DNA of 64,000 nt from a virus, in IMG/VR virus record IMGVR_UViG_3300043419_000731, positions 32,001 through 96,000 of that record, one strand, 5' to 3'. Below the pieces are notes generated by a model. It worked only from the letters and a program-made list of their open reading frames with translations, had not been told where the DNA came from and ran no database searches. Of the stretch, positions 46,172 to 56,103 are shown one piece after another; the stretch's first letter is position 1, and every line of letters begins with the position of its first letter. A program made the translations under genes and the position numbers.

Positions 46172-48001
46172 ATGTCAACAAAAATTCTTTTTAGAAGAGA
46201 CACATCAGCAAATTGGACAACAGTAAATCCAATCTTACTTGCTGGAGAAATTGGTATTGAAACAGATACTTATAAGTTTAAAATAGGAAATGGCTCAAGA
46301 TGGAATCAGCAGCCATTCTATGCATTTAAGGTCGGAGCTCCAAATGGAGTAGCTCAACTAGGAGCGACTGGTAAAATTCCTCTTGATCAGGTCCCAGACT
46401 ACCAATCAGTAAATACTGAAGTTACACAGAAGGTTAATGAAAAGTTTGCAGCACAGACTACAAGCAACTTAGCAGAAGGACAAAATTTATATTTTACAGA
46501 AGCTAGAGCAATAGCAGCAAACGCAACAGCAATTTCCCATGCAGTATCCGATGAGGCTACAGCAAGAAATCAAGCAATTGCTACAGCTAAAAATGAAGCA
46601 ATTGCAACAGCTGCATCAAATACAACATCAGCAATTGCCACAGCAAGAACTGGAATAATTTCTCAAGCTTACGGAGATGCAACAGATATAGCCTCAGCTC
46701 TTATACAGCAAGAATCTGCTGCAAGAGTATCTGAAATTGCAGCAGCAATAGAGCAAGAAGAATCTGATAGAAACTCTGCAATTAATACAGCAATATCAAA
46801 TGAAATTATAAATAGAAATACTGCTATTAATTCAACTACAACTACTCAAATTGCAGAAGGAGATAATTTATACTTTACTGAGGCAAGAGCCAAAAGCGCA
46901 GTTGCTTCAGACATAGCAACAGCAGTAGCTGGAGTATCTCTTACAGGCAAGACAACAAATAATTTAGCTGAAGGCTCAACAAATCTTTACTTTACAAATG
47001 CCAGAGCAATATCTGCAACAAATTCAAGATTTACACAAGCAACCATTTATACTAATCAAGTTGCAGATGACCTTAGAACAGAGATTAGTCAAAATTATGT
47101 CTCTAACAGTGGACTGCAAAACCAATTAGATTCTTATGTTCTTGAAGGAGATAGAAATGCTGCAGGTGGATTTGCTGGACTAGATTCATCTTCAAAAGTT
47201 TTAGACTCAGTACTTCCATCCACAATTGCAAGAGTTTCTGATATTGATGCAGCTATAGATGCAATAATTGATTCTGCTCCAGGCGCTTTAGATACATTAA
47301 ATGAATTAGCAGCTGAATTAGCAAACGGACAATCAGCGGTTGCTTCTTTAACAAATGTAATCAATACAAAACTAGATTCGTCTTTAGCCTCTACAACATA
47401 TGCTCCAAAAGCAAACCCAACTTTTACTGGCACAGTTTCTGGAGTAACAAAGACACATGTCGGACTAGGAAATGTAGACAACACTTCAGATCTTAATAAG
47501 CCAATTTCATTATTAACTGATGCAGCATTAGATTTAAAAGCTAATATAAATAACCCTACATTTACTGGATCGATTGATTTTTCAAATGTCACAGTAACTG
47601 GGCTAACAGCTATTGCTGGGCTACCAGACCAGAGCAGCAACTCTGGAAAGTATTTGATGACAAATGGAGTTAACCCTAGCTGGGAGACACTAGATGTTTC
47701 TGCTCTTGCTCCATTAGATAATCCAACATTTACTGGGACAGTATCATTTCAGAATGCTACTGTAAACTTTGCAGATTCATCAATCACCAGCTCTTCATTA
47801 GCAGGAACTATACCAAATGCTAAACTAGAAAACTCATCTATTACATTAAATGGTAATTTGATTAACTTGGGCTCAACAGTAACTCTTGGAGGATACTATA
47901 ACCCAGCAGGTGAAAATGTAAGAAACAAGATAATATACGGAACTTCTGTTGATGCGCCTGCGGGATCATATTCTGCAGGAGATATTTATATTCAATACTA
48001 A
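46172..48001 (+). CDS. Tail fibre-like protein with Mtd-N/hyaluronidase-N-type N-terminus
   Basis: RRDTSANWTTVNPILLAGEIG.ETDT; repeated T.NLAEG.NLYFT.ARA; DSAPGALDTLNELA; GLGNVDNTSD. Confidence 0.75.
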   Translation: MSTKILFRRDTSANWTTVNPILLAGEIGIETDTYKFKIGNGSRWNQQPFYAFKVGAPNGVAQLGATGKIPLDQVPDYQSVNTEVTQKVNEKFAAQTTSNLAEGQNLYFTEARAIAANATAISHAVSDEATARNQAIATAKNEAIATAASNTTSAIATARTGIISQAYGDATDIASALIQQESAARVSEIAAAIEQEESDRNSAINTAISNEIINRNTAINSTTTTQIAEGDNLYFTEARAKSAVASDIATAVAGVSLTGKTTNNLAEGSTNLYFTNARAISATNSRFTQATIYTNQVADDLRTEISQNYVSNSGLQNQLDSYVLEGDRNAAGGFAGLDSSSKVLDSVLPSTIARVSDIDAAIDAIIDSAPGALDTLNELAAELANGQSAVASLTNVINTKLDSSLASTTYAPKANPTFTGTVSGVTKTHVGLGNVDNTSDLNKPISLLTDAALDLKANINNPTFTGSIDFSNVTVTGLTAIAGLPDQSSNSGKYLMTNGVNPSWETLDVSALAPLDNPTFTGTVSFQNATVNFADSSITSSSLAGTIPNAKLENSSITLNGNLINLGSTVTLGGYYNPAGENVRNKIIYGTSVDAPAGSYSAGDIYIQY

Positions 48002-48015
48002 GAACGGAGATATAA

Positions 48016-50898
48016 GTGCCATTTAAAATTTTTGACGGTTCATCGTGGCTTCCATCTAAAAAAATTAAAGTCAATACCGAACTTGGTATGCAAGACTATA
48101 AAAAGGCATTTATATTTGACGGCACAAACTGGGTTGAAGTTTTAGAAAAACCAAAAAATCTTACTGTTCCAGAGCTTTCCTTTTCTAGAGGACAAGAGCT
48201 TTATGGTGCAGATCAAACTGTAACAGCTACTAACGGAACCTGGGAAGGAACCGTATCATCTTACAAGTATCAGTGGCAAAAAGGAATATACGCTGGCTCT
48301 CAGATAGATTGGTCTGATATCACAGATGCAATAAACAATAGCTTTATTATACCAGGAGATTTAGTAGGGTATAAATTAAGATGTGCTGTAACTGCAGTAA
48401 ATAATGCAGGAGATAGCGAAAAGGCATACGGAACAACAATTGGAATCATCCTTCCTGAATTTGTTCAAACAATAACAGCCTTTGTGCAACAAGATGCAGA
48501 CGGATATGTAAATGGAAAGATAAGAGTGTTCTGGGATGTTTCAGAAGGTGCAGACGGATATTTATTGATTTATCAAGGTCCTGGAATTGCTAGAACAGAA
48601 AAGAAAATTATTGGTAAAAGTAATAACCTGTTTGACTGGGATTTTGGTGCAACAAACGTTAATGATCTAATAGGAATGACAAGCTTATCGATATACGTTG
48701 GCCCATACAATGATACAAGCTCTGCTGCAGCAGCATATAGAGCGGCTAACGGAATTGGTGATAGCCAAACACCAACATTCTATCAATCTGGAGGAATCAA
48801 TGACCTTCTTCCAAAAAAACCAATTGTAACCTCTTTAGCAGTTGCAATTACACCGTATGTTTATGACACAGCAATTCAAATGAGCTGGTCACTAAGTAAT
48901 ATAACTCAATCATCATTTTCAGCGGAGTATCAGTATTTTAACGATGAAACCCTAGAATATGGATGGGCACCTTACAGATCTGGAACAACAGAGCAAAGCG
49001 TTTACATGCCTATTGGACCAGGATTTAGTTTTGATGGATTAAGAGTTGTAGTTTCGGGAACTTCTAGAGGATTTGCAGGACCATTCATTGGCGTTTCTAA
49101 TTCACCAACTTCTGCATATCTTGCACCAGCAATTTATACAAAACCATTCTTAACCCCAAGCACTAATGTTCAAGTGGGAGAAGTTATATCTGCTACCCAA
49201 GGAGTATGGGATTATAACCCAACATCATATACTTTAGATATATTAAAAAATGGAGTTTCAGTAGCATCTGGAACACAAAGCTGTTCATACACAACAGTAT
49301 TATCAGATGCTAATGCTACATTTACTGTTAAAGCAAGTGCTACAAATCCAGGTGGCACAACAGAGTCTTACGGAGACTATTCAATACAATGCCTTAACAC
49401 ATCCACCGTCCCCGCAAACGGTGTTGCTCAAATTTATGGAACTGGTAGAGTTGGAACACAAATTACAATGAGCACAAGCGGCTGGACAGGAAATCCAACT
49501 CCTTCAATAACTACAAGCTTGCAGCGCATGAACTACTCTGGAGGCTATGATGACATGGGAGTTACATCCTATACTGTACAAGAATCAGATCTTTCAGTTG
49601 GTTCAAAAGGCGGAACAATCGCTGCAATTTTTAGAGCACGAGCAACAGCTAGCAATATAGCGGGATCAACTTCTGCCTATTCAGATTATCTTCAAGTTTC
49701 AAGTAATACATTTACAGTTCCAAGCTTCTTAGGTGGAGGAGTTCCACAAGGTGCAAGTAACTATACTATTACAAATGGTGGAGCGCTATATAAAACAACA
49801 GCTCTAAGCCAAGCGGGTACAGTAGCAGCTCAGTATCCAACAGCAGGAACAACTGCAACTATTGGTGTAGATATCACAGTTTATACTTATTATTATGAGG
49901 CCGCTGCAGTACTTGCTTCTGGTGGGGTAGCTTCTATTTCTGGAAGTGGTCAGGTTGGTTCAACTATTACTGCATCTGCTAGCGGATGGTCTGGAAGCCC
50001 AACTCCAACCGTAACAACTCAATTACAGCGCATGAATTATGCTGGAGGGTATGATGATATGGGTGTAACATCATACACCGTACAATCATCTGATCTAAGC
50101 GTTGGAACTAAGGGTGGTGCAATTCCACAATACTTCAGAGCAATTTCAAGAGCAACTAACTCAGCAGGAACTGCAGAAGTTTACTCTGATTATGTACAAG
50201 CAAGCGCAGCACCAGTAACTCCATCATTCCCATTCTTCCCTGACTTTGTGGCGCCACCGTCATTCCCTTACTTCCCAGCATTTAAGGCACCTTCATTCCC
50301 ATTCTTCCCTGATTTTGTTGCACCGCCTTCATTCCCTTATTTCCCAGAATTTATGAAAGCACCATCATTTGTAGCGCCACCTTCATTCCCATTCTTCCCT
50401 GACTTTGTTGCTGCGCCTTCATTCCCTTATTTCAAAGTTACAAAATGTATTGAGTCAAATACAAGACTATTAACTTTTGATAGAGGATATGTTGCAGCTA
50501 GAGACATACAGCTAGGAGACAAGTTAGTTTCAATATCTGCAGAAGATTTCGGAAACGAATCAATGAAGTGGTTTAACATTAAAGATAATGTTAAGCTTGT
50601 AGAAGTTGAAGTTGTTAAATCTGAGATGTCAGTTAAAGATGTGTTGTCATTTAACGGAACAGAAAAGTACTTCTCTTATGGTCAACCAATATTCATTAAA
50701 AAAGACGGGCTTGCAACATGGATAGAGTCAGGCTCAGTTAACATTGGAGATGCATTACTAGAACTTGATCCCGCCACTGGTGAGATAAATGAAGTTATAG
50801 TTGACTCAATACAAGCAGATACAGACAAAGAAGTTTATGACATTAGAACATCAGGCAACCAATGGTTTATTGCAGAACAATTTATTGTTATAAGTTAA
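48016..50898 (+). CDS. Large tail-region protein: Ig-like repeats, Pro/Phe repeat, C-terminal Hint domain (Cys811-end)
   Basis: GTW.G...Y.YQW Ig-like units; duplicated LQRMNY.GGYDDMGVTSYTVQ.SDLSVG.KGG; PSFPFFPDF repeats; K|CIESNTRLLT...VYDIRT...WFIAEQFIVIS. Confidence 0.8.
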   Translation: MPFKIFDGSSWLPSKKIKVNTELGMQDYKKAFIFDGTNWVEVLEKPKNLTVPELSFSRGQELYGADQTVTATNGTWEGTVSSYKYQWQKGIYAGSQIDWSDITDAINNSFIIPGDLVGYKLRCAVTAVNNAGDSEKAYGTTIGIILPEFVQTITAFVQQDADGYVNGKIRVFWDVSEGADGYLLIYQGPGIARTEKKIIGKSNNLFDWDFGATNVNDLIGMTSLSIYVGPYNDTSSAAAAYRAANGIGDSQTPTFYQSGGINDLLPKKPIVTSLAVAITPYVYDTAIQMSWSLSNITQSSFSAEYQYFNDETLEYGWAPYRSGTTEQSVYMPIGPGFSFDGLRVVVSGTSRGFAGPFIGVSNSPTSAYLAPAIYTKPFLTPSTNVQVGEVISATQGVWDYNPTSYTLDILKNGVSVASGTQSCSYTTVLSDANATFTVKASATNPGGTTESYGDYSIQCLNTSTVPANGVAQIYGTGRVGTQITMSTSGWTGNPTPSITTSLQRMNYSGGYDDMGVTSYTVQESDLSVGSKGGTIAAIFRARATASNIAGSTSAYSDYLQVSSNTFTVPSFLGGGVPQGASNYTITNGGALYKTTALSQAGTVAAQYPTAGTTATIGVDITVYTYYYEAAAVLASGGVASISGSGQVGSTITASASGWSGSPTPTVTTQLQRMNYAGGYDDMGVTSYTVQSSDLSVGTKGGAIPQYFRAISRATNSAGTAEVYSDYVQASAAPVTPSFPFFPDFVAPPSFPYFPAFKAPSFPFFPDFVAPPSFPYFPEFMKAPSFVAPPSFPFFPDFVAAPSFPYFKVTKCIESNTRLLTFDRGYVAARDIQLGDKLVSISAEDFGNESMKWFNIKDNVKLVEVEVVKSEMSVKDVLSFNGTEKYFSYGQPIFIKKDGLATWIESGSVNIGDALLELDPATGEINEVIVDSIQADTDKEVYDIRTSGNQWFIAEQFIVIS

Positions 50899-50944
50899 TA
50901 AATAATCCTGTATAATATATGAATAGGCAGTAAGAGGAGGAAAA

Positions 50945-51496
50945 ATGGCTACCAGCTTTCCAACAGATATAGACAACCTCTCGAATCCATCTGCAAATGA
51001 TGAGCTTACGGGACACGCAGCACAACATGCAAATGCCAACGATGCAATTGAAGCAATTCAATCAAAGCTTGGTGTGGACGGGTCAACTGATGAGAATTCA
51101 ATTGACTATAAGGTAACAAACCTTGAAGCACTTGTAACAAATGTTACTAATAACTCAAACGCAACTTCAGAACTATTGGGTCTTGAGGGAAATAATGACT
51201 TAACAGTTTATGGCATTGAAAACCCAACAAATATAGATTCATTTGCAAAAAACACATGGAGAACAGTTAGATACAATCTACAAGTAACCAAAAACAACGA
51301 AGTGTATACATCAGAGATACTAGCTTCACATGATGGAACTGACATAATGATCTCAGAAACAAACATTATGTCTAATACAAATAACAATCTATTTACTTAT
51401 ACATTTGAAGAAAATTCAGGTATAATTAGTTTAAGAATCACCCCTACTTCTGGCGAAATTTCTGTAAGATTTATACGCACAGCAGTAAAGGCATAA
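50945..51496 (+). CDS. Virion structural protein
   Basis: MATSFPTDID...H..QH.NANDAIEAIQ.KLG; GAGGAGG RBS. Confidence 0.6.
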   Translation: MATSFPTDIDNLSNPSANDELTGHAAQHANANDAIEAIQSKLGVDGSTDENSIDYKVTNLEALVTNVTNNSNATSELLGLEGNNDLTVYGIENPTNIDSFAKNTWRTVRYNLQVTKNNEVYTSEILASHDGTDIMISETNIMSNTNNNLFTYTFEENSGIISLRITPTSGEISVRFIRTAVKA

Positions 51497-51523
51497 AAAA
51501 AGCAACAAGAGGAGTCATAAAAT

Positions 51524-53188
51524 ATGGCAACAGTAGACAAAAACTTTAGAATTAAAAATGGCCTGGTCGTTGAAGGAGCTACAGCAACGGTCAATGGCAA
51601 TGATATACTTACAAAAGATGCTGGTGATTCTTATATCATTAACCTTATTGGTGGAACAGCAACATCTGCAAATACACCAAGCACAGTTGTAAAGCGTGAT
51701 GCAAATGGTAATTTCGAGGCAGGCACACTAGCACTAACTGGAATTACAGTTCAAGATGCTGGTAGTATCTTTGAAGATTCTGGCCTTGTCATTCAGTCAA
51801 ATAGCGGATATTCAATTGACATTCTTGGTAACCAGGATGTAACTATTTCATCTAGCAATGGAGACATTAACCTTAATCCAGATGGATCTGCTAAGGTCAA
51901 TGGACAGGTAATTGCAACAAGAATTTATGCAGACGATGCCGCTTCAACAGCACAAGCAAATGCAGCTTCAGATGCTACAACAAAAGCTAACGCAGCACAG
52001 CTAGCAGCCGAAACAACAGCAGCACTAGATGCTACAAGCAAGGCTAATCAGGCTCTTTCAGATGCACAGGCGTATGCACAAAATGCAGCAAATGCAGCAC
52101 AGTCAAATGCAGAGTTCTTTGCAACATCTGCAGATTCAACACTATACGGAACAATTTCAGCTGACATCATAACTGCAATTGCTAATGAAGAAACAGCTCG
52201 TAATTCTGCTATTGATTCAGCAATAATGACAGAAGAGTCAGCTCGTAATTCTGCAATCAATACAGCAATTACAACAGAAGTTTCAGATAGAAACTCTGCA
52301 ATTGCAACTGCAAAAAATCAAGCGATTGCAGATGCTAATTCTTACACAGATGGCAAGGTAGCAGAGCTTGTAGATTCAGCACCAGAACTTCTTGACACAC
52401 TTAATGAGTTGGCTGCAGCTATTGCTGATAACCCAAATTATGCATCAGATGTTGCTAACCTAGTTGCAACAAAAGCTGACACAACATATGTAGACTCAGA
52501 AATTTCTGATCTAGATGCAGCAGCTCAGGGCTATGCCAATACAGCCCAGTCAAATGCTGAGGCAACTGCATCAGCAGATGCAACAACTAAGGCTAACGCA
52601 GCTCAAGCAGCAGCTGAGGCAACTGCATCAGCAGATGCAACAACTAAGGCTAACGCAGCTCAAGCAGCAGCTGAGGCAACTGCATCAGCAGATGCAACAA
52701 CTAAGGCTAACGCAGCATATGACAATGCTGTAGCCGCAGCAGCAACTGATGCTACAGATAAGGCTAATACAGCCCAGTCAAATGCTGAAGCAACTGCACA
52801 AACTGCGCTCAATTCAGTACTTGCGGGAGATACAAACTTCACAGAGGTTTCAATCGACTGGATGGTAAAGCATGTTGGATCATACGCATACCAGGCTGGA
52901 ACTACCGAAACCGTAGCCTATAGCTGGAACCATAATGCAGGAGCTTCAGCTAAGTTCTTAGTTAGAATTAAGAATGGAATTCACTCACAGGTGTCTGAGG
53001 TTCTTTTGACTAGAGATGATGCAAATAATATTGCTATCACAGAATACGGCATGGTTACTACAAACGGCATACTTGGAGACATTACAGCCGCTATGAATCA
53101 GAATAATATAGATCTTAAGGTAACCCCAGCACATAACACTGGAACAGAGATCTTTGTTTCTGGTACACTTCTAAGATACGCAGATTAA
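51524..53188 (+). CDS. Tail fibre-like Ala-rich protein with 19-aa tandem repeats
   Basis: MATVDKNFRIKNGL; ADATTKANAA repeats; DSAPELLDTLNELA. Confidence 0.7.
   Translation: MATVDKNFRIKNGLVVEGATATVNGNDILTKDAGDSYIINLIGGTATSANTPSTVVKRDANGNFEAGTLALTGITVQDAGSIFEDSGLVIQSNSGYSIDILGNQDVTISSSNGDINLNPDGSAKVNGQVIATRIYADDAASTAQANAASDATTKANAAQLAAETTAALDATSKANQALSDAQAYAQNAANAAQSNAEFFATSADSTLYGTISADIITAIANEETARNSAIDSAIMTEESARNSAINTAITTEVSDRNSAIATAKNQAIADANSYTDGKVAELVDSAPELLDTLNELAAAIADNPNYASDVANLVATKADTTYVDSEISDLDAAAQGYANTAQSNAEATASADATTKANAAQAAAEATASADATTKANAAQAAAEATASADATTKANAAYDNAVAAAATDATDKANTAQSNAEATAQTALNSVLAGDTNFTEVSIDWMVKHVGSYAYQAGTTETVAYSWNHNAGASAKFLVRIKNGIHSQVSEVLLTRDDANNIAITEYGMVTTNGILGDITAAMNQNNIDLKVTPAHNTGTEIFVSGTLLRYAD
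52556..52716 (+). repeat. 57-bp perfect tandem repeat, about 2.8 copies (in frame)
   Basis: Unit GCTGAGGCAACTGCATCAGCAGATGCAACAACTAAGGCTAACGCAGCTCAAGCAGCA at 52556, 52613 and 52670. Confidence 0.9.
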
Positions 53189-53256
53189 TAATTAAATAAA
53201 AGGTTTGGGGTCCTTTCAAAACCCCACCAAATAACATTAGGGGATAGTGAACTTAA

Positions 53257-53628
53257 ATGGCAACAGTAGATAAAAATTTTAGAGTAAAGAATGGTCTAAA
53301 CGTAGCAGGTACTGCAAACTTTGATTCGGCAGTAAATGTAAATAACTTAGTCTTAAATTCGGCCCCCCTAGCTTATGACTCATCAACTGGTAGATTAAAA
53401 ATCCAGATTGACGGGGCATGGAAAGAGGTTGCATTCTTAACAGATGCAGCTGAAGATCTAGGAGCATTAACCTTCATGGATATCGGCTTGGCTATCGATT
53501 ATGATGGGCAGCCAGTATATACAGTTTTTGCAAATGGAGTAAACACAACAGCTACAAAATTTGCAGATGGTGGAATTTACTCCACAGATGTTTACAGCAT
53601 GACTTTTGACTCTGGAACAATTAATTAA
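53257..53628 (+). CDS. Virion structural protein sharing its N-terminus with 51524-53188
   Basis: MATVDKNFRVKNGL. Confidence 0.6.
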   Translation: MATVDKNFRVKNGLNVAGTANFDSAVNVNNLVLNSAPLAYDSSTGRLKIQIDGAWKEVAFLTDAAEDLGALTFMDIGLAIDYDGQPVYTVFANGVNTTATKFADGGIYSTDVYSMTFDSGTIN

Positions 53629-53689
53629 TTGTTTTAGAGCCTTTGTGATGCTATAATTACCAAATAAGTCTAAATAAGGGGTGGCATAA

Positions 53690-56074
53690 ATGTCAACAGT
53701 AAGAATTCAAGTAAGAAGAGGCACAGCTTCACAGTGGACCTCAGTAAATCCAATTTTGGCAGCAGGAGAAATGGGTGTCGAGTCAGACACAAACCTATTT
53801 AAATTCGGTAACGGAACTTCTACATGGACTGCCCTTGCATATGCAAATAATTCAGACGTAGCAATCGCTGAAATATCACAGGATGCAATTAATACCGCTC
53901 TCTCAATGGGCTCAGGTTTAACAAAGTCATACAATGATGGCACAAATACAATTCAGATCACAGTTGATTCAGATGTTGTTGCCCTAAAGTCATATGTAGA
54001 CTCAGCAATTTCAAATGTCGAGGCATCAGTAACAGGCCTTGCAAATACAGTTGATTCAGACTATATTCCAGTATCTGACCGTGGTGTCGCTGGTGGAGTT
54101 GCATCACTCGATAACAGTGGTTTAATTCCAAACTCACAGATCGATGACACAAATTGGGCAACAAAGCTACACGTAGCCTCAGTTTCTTCTGGGCTTCAGA
54201 TTAAGGGTTCAGTACGTGTAACATCTACAGATAACTTTGCTGCAACACTAACAGATGGAACAACAGATGCATCAGGCGGAAATGGTGTAGGACAATACTT
54301 AACAGCATCAGCTAATGGAGCACTTGTAATTGATGGTGTAACACTAAATGCAGGAGACAGAGTTCTTCTTAAGGATCAGTCTGACGGCAAGCAAAATGGT
54401 ATTTACACAGTAACAAATACAGGTGGATCTTCAGCAGCAGCAGTTTTAACTCGTGCTACAGATGCAGATAACAGCGTAGACGGAGAAGTCAGAGAAGGCC
54501 TCTTCGCATTTACTCAAGAAGGAACTGCAAATGCTCGTGACGGATACGTTCTTCTAGCAGCAGCATCAAGATCAGGACAGATTTTCCAGCTTGGCACAGA
54601 CTCACTAACATTTAGCCAATTTACTGGAGCAATCCCAGTAAATATTTCTACAGGCCTACAGAAGACTGGCGATACAATTTCAGTAAATACATCTGAAATT
54701 GCAACAGTTAACTATGTAGACGGAATTAATAATGCTCTAACTCAAATAACAACATCACATGGAGAACAAATTGATGCTGTTGAGATTAAGAATAATGAGC
54801 AGGATTCAGCAATAGCTATTAATACAGCAGATATTGCAACAAATACAGCAAGTATTAGCTCAATCGTAACTGTAAATAATACACAGAATACCAGACTAAC
54901 ATCACTAGAAGCAGCTGATGTAACTCTTGGAGGCTTGCTAGACGATGCTAATACAGCAATTGCAGACCTAGAGACAGAGCTCAGAGGAGACCTTGCTCCA
55001 AAGAACAATGCTGAATTTACAGGTACTCTTGACTTGCCATCAACAACAACAATAGGCACAGTCCTTGGAACAGAGATTGCACATCTATCAGGTGTGACAT
55101 CTGGAATCCAGACACAGATTGATTCAAAAGCATCAAATACAGATCTTTCAGATCACGCAGCCGACACATTATCGGTTCACGGTATTTCAGATACATCAGA
55201 ACTTGAGACACAGACTGGCGCACAAGCAAAAGCAGATAACGGCAGAGATGCAGCAAAAGCTTATGCAGATAGCCTTGCATCAAACTATGACGCAGCTGGA
55301 GCAGCAACATCAGCAGTTGGCACACACAACAATGCCACAACATCTGTTCATGGAATTGCTGATACATCAAAGCTTGTAACAACAGATGCACAGTCCATAA
55401 CATTAGATGGAGCATTAACAGTTGAGGGCAACCTTACTGTAAACGGTACAACATTTAACGCATCAGCAACATCTATTACAATTGAAGATAATCTAGTACA
55501 ACTTGCACATCAAAATGCAGGTAATACAGTAGATCTTGGAATCGTAGTCGCTTACAATGATGGATCTGCAAAGCATGCAGGTTTTGTAAGAGACGTATCT
55601 GATAATGAGTGGAAGCTCTTTAAGGGCGTAACAGATGAACCAGCAACAACTGTTAACTTCAGCCAGGGGTCACTAGATAATCTTGAGCTAAATAACTTAG
55701 TTGCAGCAGGCGTAGTCTTTACAGATGGAACACAGACAAAGCAGGGTGTACCTTCTATAACTCCTATCGTAGAAAAAACAGCAGGCTTCAATATTTCAGA
55801 TGCTGATTATAGAGATCAGATGCTTGAGGTCAGCCACACAGGTGGAAGCGCTGTAACAATAACAGTAACTGCAGATGGAACAAACGGTATCACATACCCA
55901 GTTGGAACATCTATCAGCATAACAAGAACTAATACAGGATCTGTAACAGTAGCAGGTTCTGGAACAACAGTTAATGCTACACCAGGATTAACTTTAAGAG
56001 CACGATGGTCATCAGCGACATTATTCAAGAGAGCAGCTAACACCTGGATCTTGATGGGCGATTTGACAGCGTAA
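53690..56074 (+). CDS. Tail fibre-like protein with Mtd-N-type N-terminus
   Basis: IQVRRGTASQWTSVNPILAAGE.GVESDT; IDGVTL.AGDRVLLKDQ...QNGIY; C-terminal YPVGT.I...G.TVNATPGLTLR.RWS.ATL.K. Confidence 0.78.
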   Translation: MSTVRIQVRRGTASQWTSVNPILAAGEMGVESDTNLFKFGNGTSTWTALAYANNSDVAIAEISQDAINTALSMGSGLTKSYNDGTNTIQITVDSDVVALKSYVDSAISNVEASVTGLANTVDSDYIPVSDRGVAGGVASLDNSGLIPNSQIDDTNWATKLHVASVSSGLQIKGSVRVTSTDNFAATLTDGTTDASGGNGVGQYLTASANGALVIDGVTLNAGDRVLLKDQSDGKQNGIYTVTNTGGSSAAAVLTRATDADNSVDGEVREGLFAFTQEGTANARDGYVLLAAASRSGQIFQLGTDSLTFSQFTGAIPVNISTGLQKTGDTISVNTSEIATVNYVDGINNALTQITTSHGEQIDAVEIKNNEQDSAIAINTADIATNTASISSIVTVNNTQNTRLTSLEAADVTLGGLLDDANTAIADLETELRGDLAPKNNAEFTGTLDLPSTTTIGTVLGTEIAHLSGVTSGIQTQIDSKASNTDLSDHAADTLSVHGISDTSELETQTGAQAKADNGRDAAKAYADSLASNYDAAGAATSAVGTHNNATTSVHGIADTSKLVTTDAQSITLDGALTVEGNLTVNGTTFNASATSITIEDNLVQLAHQNAGNTVDLGIVVAYNDGSAKHAGFVRDVSDNEWKLFKGVTDEPATTVNFSQGSLDNLELNNLVAAGVVFTDGTQTKQGVPSITPIVEKTAGFNISDADYRDQMLEVSHTGGSAVTITVTADGTNGITYPVGTSISITRTNTGSVTVAGSGTTVNATPGLTLRARWSSATLFKRAANTWILMGDLTA

Positions 56075-56103
56075 TAATTCAAAGAAAGAAATTGGAGATA
56101 TAA

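Noticed and set aside
46172-56074. Diversity-generating retroelement suggested by Mtd-like N-termini
   Set aside because: No reverse transcriptase and no TR/VR pair differing only at adenines is visible in the window. The Mtd-N motif is a common fibre-attachment domain.
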